The position numbers and the translations under genes are program-made. The notes below the pieces were generated by a model. That model had not been told where the DNA came from, ran no database searches, and saw only the letters and a list, made by a program, of their open reading frames with translations. A DNA stretch of 64,000 bases from Eledone cirrhosa (lineage: Eukaryota): contig OZ024743.1 in the NCBI GenBank assembly GCA_964016885.1, positions 238,638,001 to 238,702,000 on the forward strand. Reading direction: 5' to 3'. Positions within the stretch are counted from its first letter, which is position 1, and each line of letters opens with the position of its first letter. Below are positions 59,503 to 64,000 of the stretch, piece after piece.

Positions 59503-61639
59503 GTTTAAATAGAGTGGAAAAGATGGGAAAGACCACTTACCGTACTTTTGGTAGAGGAGGGATGGTTTTTTTACATCCCTTTTCACTTGATCGTCTGGTG
59601 AAGGGACCGTTGAATCGTCCCTTCGGCTGGTCGTCGGCTCTTCTATGAGTATATCCGAATATACTCTCCGGTTGAGAGTCCCTCCTAGGTCTCTGAAATC
59701 ACCAACTGCGTTGGGGAATTTCGTTTTAATGTTTGTGTATTGTTTCTGTGCTATTTTTAGCAGTCTTATGTTCGTTGGCGTTTTTATTGGTGCTGGTATT
59801 ATGTAGTCGTGCTGTGAAATGTCTGTCTGTTCAATTATGTAAGTCATTAGTTTCTTGTTGTGTGTATTTATTGCCGTGCATTTGTTTTTCGGGGGGTGGA
59901 TTGTGGTTCTGCTATTTTCTTGTCGTTGTTGCTGGGTGTGTGTGTTTTGTTGTTGTGTTTGCGATGTTGGTGCTTGTAGTGGTGGTGTTGAAAGTGTTGT
60001 TGTTTTTGGCGGTGGGGTTGTCGCCGGTGGTGATGGTGGTGCTGGTGTGGGTGGTGATGGTGTTGGTGGTGTTGCTGCTGTGGGTCTCTTTGCAGTAGAC
60101 TTTACCCTTTTCTCATTTCTTTCCTCCCTTTTCAAAGGCGACGATGCGCTGCTTCTGCGTTTGTGCCTTCTTGCGACCTTTTGCCATCCCTCTCCCACCT
60201 CACACTCCATGTCTGATTCTGTAAGGTCGGGGAGGGGTACCAGCTCCACTCTTTCACTTGTTGTTGTTGGTGATGTTTGCACTGGAGTCTCTGTTGCAGC
60301 TGCATTTGGTATTGCTGTTGTTGTTGTTAATATTTCCACTGCTGCTGCTGTCTTTGATTTCCGTGGAGTGGGTATGGGTGCCACGGACCTATCGTTCCTG
60401 GTTGCCGCTTGTCCTGTTGCTGGTAGCCGTGGAGCCGGATTCGGAAGGAGGGGGGTTTTCTCCTTTCTCAGGGTCTTCTCGTTGCAGAAGGCCCTGAGGT
60501 GAGTCTTCGATCCACAGCGAAAGCATTTCGGGCGTTTGCCCTCAACACTTATGGGCAGTTGAGTGCCGTTATCGAAGTCTATCACATCCGGGATAGCTTC
60601 GATGCACTCCTGGTTGGTTTGGATTAGCATCTCAATGGAGGAGCCGACCCAATCTTCTCTTACTTTTTTTCTGTACTTGCAGTACAGTTGTTTTGTCCTC
60701 GATTCCGACGAGGACAGACGCGGCCAGCCAAGAAGGGGTCATTCCGGGGGGGACGTGGGTCAGTTTGACCCTCACAATTTTTTGCCCGCAGTAGGAGGGC
60801 ACCAACACCATTTCCTCGCTCCTTAGGGTCACTACTGATTGGGCCTTTGCCTCCTGGGGTGTGGCAAAAAGTACGTCTACGGTGGCGTATTTTTTGCCTC
60901 GGGTGATGTGCGTTTTCCTCTGCCACACAGACCCCAAGGCTTTTTGTATTTGGGCCTCTGTGGCTCTTTCCACCCTACGGGATTTTGTACTTACTGTACG
61001 GTACGTGACCGTACAGTGCTCTTGGGTTTCGAAAAAATTTTTCGCTGCCTTGCAGATTGCTCGGTGTCCGTTCTTTGTCACCATCTTCTTCGCTTCCTCT
61101 AATTCCTCATTTGTTATGAGGATTGTTTCCAAGTTTTTCGCAATACCTGCAAATGAGATTGGTTTTTCTCTGCTGTTGTTGTTGTCGTCAGAGCTGCTGG
61201 TACTTTTGTTGCTGCAGGTACTACGACTACTGCCTCCGCCGCTGTTGCTGTGGTTGTTGTTGGTGTTGCTGCTGCTAATGCTGTTGTTGTTTATGCTGCT
61301 GGTGATGCTGTTGCGGCTGCTACTGTTGTTTTCATTGTCACTGTTGCTGTTGTTATTACGGCTGCTACTGCTATTATTCCTGACGTCAGACGAATGAACT
61401 GGGTTTTCGTATTTCCCGCACACCTGTTTCGTCGCTGTCGTCGTCGTCGTGGAGAAACCTTGCACGCTTTGCACGAGACTTTTCTTTTCTTTCGTCGCTT
61501 GCGAAAGAGAAGGGAGGGAGAGAGACACATTTAAAGAAGGGAGGGAGAGAGACAATCTTCTCTCTGCTGTAGTGATGATTGAGGAAGAAGAAGACGGAAT
61601 GAGTGGGAGTGACGTATGAAATTTCTTTTTGGTAGCCAT
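59503..61639 (-). CDS. Tx1 ORF1 (zinc knuckle, low-complexity regions), one frameshift near 60650
   Basis: MATKKKF start, VEGKRPKCFRCGSKTHLRAFC; no stop before the ORF2 Met in this copy. Confidence 0.78.
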
Positions 61640-61875
61640 GTTTTTTTGTTTAAAATGAAATTTTGGGTACAAAACCCCAATAACTGGTTATTTAACCCCG
61701 AAGGGCCAAATAACGGACAGAAAGACCCCTCTCACGAGGAGGAGGGTGTCTTTATCAACAATTTGGTTCAAGTTTTAAACAATTTACAATTGTTTTAACG
61801 GTTAAAAATTACTATACCTTACAGAGCCGAGCCTCCGTCAACCATGGCATTCAATAATAATAATAATAATAATAA

Positions 61876-63285
61876 GGTCCAATGATTACTTATCGCAAAT
61901 CCCAGGTAACCCGCGTATAGGAGAAATACAAAAGATAGTACTAATTGGAACTGCCCACATACTAAGGAAGATTCTGTCAATATAAGTACATCACAAGTCT
62001 AAACACCTAAAGATGCATGTGTGTGTACGTATGTTCTTTCTTGAACATGGCTGACCTTGTTGTCTCTTGAGGTCACTGGTTGTACCTGGTGATAACTCGT
62101 ATGAACATAAAGCAAGGTAAATGCAACTTTAATAATAATAAAAATAATAAAAGCATGAGAGAAGTAAGAAGCTTCATTCTATCTTGAAGGAGGGCAAAAA
62201 ATATGCTACTGATCTCATGCCTGATACCCAGGCTGGACATACTAAAGAAACTGTTGCAACTGATGCTGCTAGGCACATAAAATCACTGGCAAAAGCAAAT
62301 GGGCAAGGACAATTAGCATCAAATTGGGAGCAGAAACCTCTGCATGGCAAATATGTGGCCCGTAGCATACAAGCTGATGTTGACCAAAAGCACAGCCATC
62401 AGTGACTACATAGTTCAGGGCTAAAGGCGGAGAGTGAAGGCTTCATCTTAGCTGCCCAAGATCAAAGCTTATTGACTCGTAATTACCAGGCCAATGTGAT
62501 GAGAAACGGAATAAACCCAAAGTGCCGATTCTTAAATGCTGAGGTTGAAACAGTGGATCACTTAGTCTCTGGATGTAAAGTTTTAGCACCAGTAGAATAC
62601 AAATATAGACATGACAAAGTTGGCACACTGGGTAATATGTCGGCATTACAAAATCAAAGCTGAAGACAAGTGGTACAATCATCACCCTGAGGCTGTAACT
62701 GAAGGAGAAAAAGTAACAATTCTCTGGGACTTTCCTGTACATACTGACAGGACCATAAAAGCAAATAGACCTGACATCATTGTAAAAGATCAACATAACA
62801 AGGTCTGTTTAGTGATAGATATGAGCATCCCATGTGATCACAATATCGCGGCAAAAGAATTTGACAAGCTACGAAAATATAAAGATCTGCTTATTGAAAC
62901 TGAGAAAATGTAGCACCTCAAGGCCGTTACAATACCAGTGATTGTGGTAGGACTGGGAATGATCAAGAAAGGAACAGAACAATATTAGCGAATGATTCCT
63001 GTTTATTCTCTCTGCACGAGGTGCAAAAAATTGTTTTTACTGGTACTGCACACGTATTGAGAAGAGCACTATCTCTGTAAGATTGATATCCCTCCTTGTA
63101 TTTACATATGCATATGCACATGTGTATATATGTATACTGTTTTTTTAAAAATTATAATCAATGTTCTGTATTAACTGGCTTACCAATGCACACTGTGAAT
63201 TTATTTGCCCTAGGTGTCAGGAAGACACTCAGCATATATCTCAGAAACAATAATGAAAGAAAATAAAAATGATGATAATAATAAT
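61876..63285 (+). mobile_element. Two degenerate R4/Dong 3' fragments separated by AAT repeats
   Basis: 61880-62130 is an RLE end plus UTR. 62170-63080 has WEQKPLHG, ETVDHLVSGC..RHD, ILWDFPVHTD..NRPDI. Confidence 0.85.
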
Positions 63286-64000
63286 AAGTTAGAGGATACG
63301 TTCGGAAGAGCGGAAAAAACAAGAAATCAATAGATCGATGAGTATAGGTGCATATATATATAACAATAAATGTTATATGGCTTATAGATTATAAAGTGGA
63401 TATTATTCCAATAGAAAAGTATTTAGAGCAACATTAATTGTACTAAAACAATTAGTGGAACATAAAAACAATAGATTCTAATAGTTAGAGAAATATGAAT
63501 GTTTTGATGTATTATCCTTTATGGAATCATCTGTTAGGCCAAAACCTTCTTTGTTAATCTCCAAACATGAGAGGTATATGTTTTAAATTGAGATCACACA
63601 ACTTATGGGCTAATCTATACTGGAATGAGTTTCATCATATTGATAAAGATCTAGAGCCAATCATCTGTGGAACATATGTAAAATTCGATATACAATAAAG
63701 AACATTTTAAAGGGAAACCTTGTTATCTCATGCATACATAACATGTACACTCTGTTATAGTATCGAGTGCTCATATTGGTACAATCTCCAGTAATCAACA
63801 AAATTACTGAACAAGCTTCATTGTATGTATGTATGTATGTATGTATGTATGTATGTATGTATGTATGTATGTATGTATGTATGCATGTATGTATGCATGT
63901 ATGTATGTGTGTATGCATGTATATATGTATGTATGTATGTATGTATGCGTATGCATGCATGGATGTAGTATTTATGTATGGTTGTATGTATGAATGTTTG

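Larger units (their letters stand above)
55831..61852 (-). mobile_element. Full-length Tx1/L1-clade LINE inserted in (AAT)n
   Basis: (AAT)n on both sides; ORF1 and ORF2 each show one apparent frameshift. Confidence 0.95.

Noticed and set aside
53967-61983. ~100-bp duplication (53967-54069 vs 61881-61983) as a giant target-site duplication
   Set aside because: It has several mismatches and the second copy starts at its own (AAT)n; independent insertions of one R4 family are simpler.

Overview
Repeat-saturated eukaryotic DNA, most likely octopus/cephalopod (inferred from the SINE family and the (TA)n/(CA)n/(AAT)n landscape). I found no host protein-coding gene. Almost all short ORFs in the track are microsatellite or antisense artefacts. 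Coding content comes from non-LTR retrotransposons: several Tx1/L1-clade elements (two near full length), R4/Dong-clade RT+RLE elements, and RTE, CRE and Penelope-like (PLE) relics, plus many tRNA-derived SINEs. Between the (TA)n tracts lie many small non-coding elements with direct or inverted terminal repeats, many carrying hammerhead ribozyme (HHR) cores. The most notable observation is an RNA motif of about 100 nt, shared by two diverged element families (289-390 minus; 35343-35443 plus; decayed copies at 929-1030 and 24151-24237). It has all HHR catalytic segments (NUH, GAAA, CUGAUGA) in an order matching none of types I/II/III. The fold is supported by compensatory changes in several helices, a consensus kink-turn and a four-way junction. 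All structures were folded by eye and no activity is shown.
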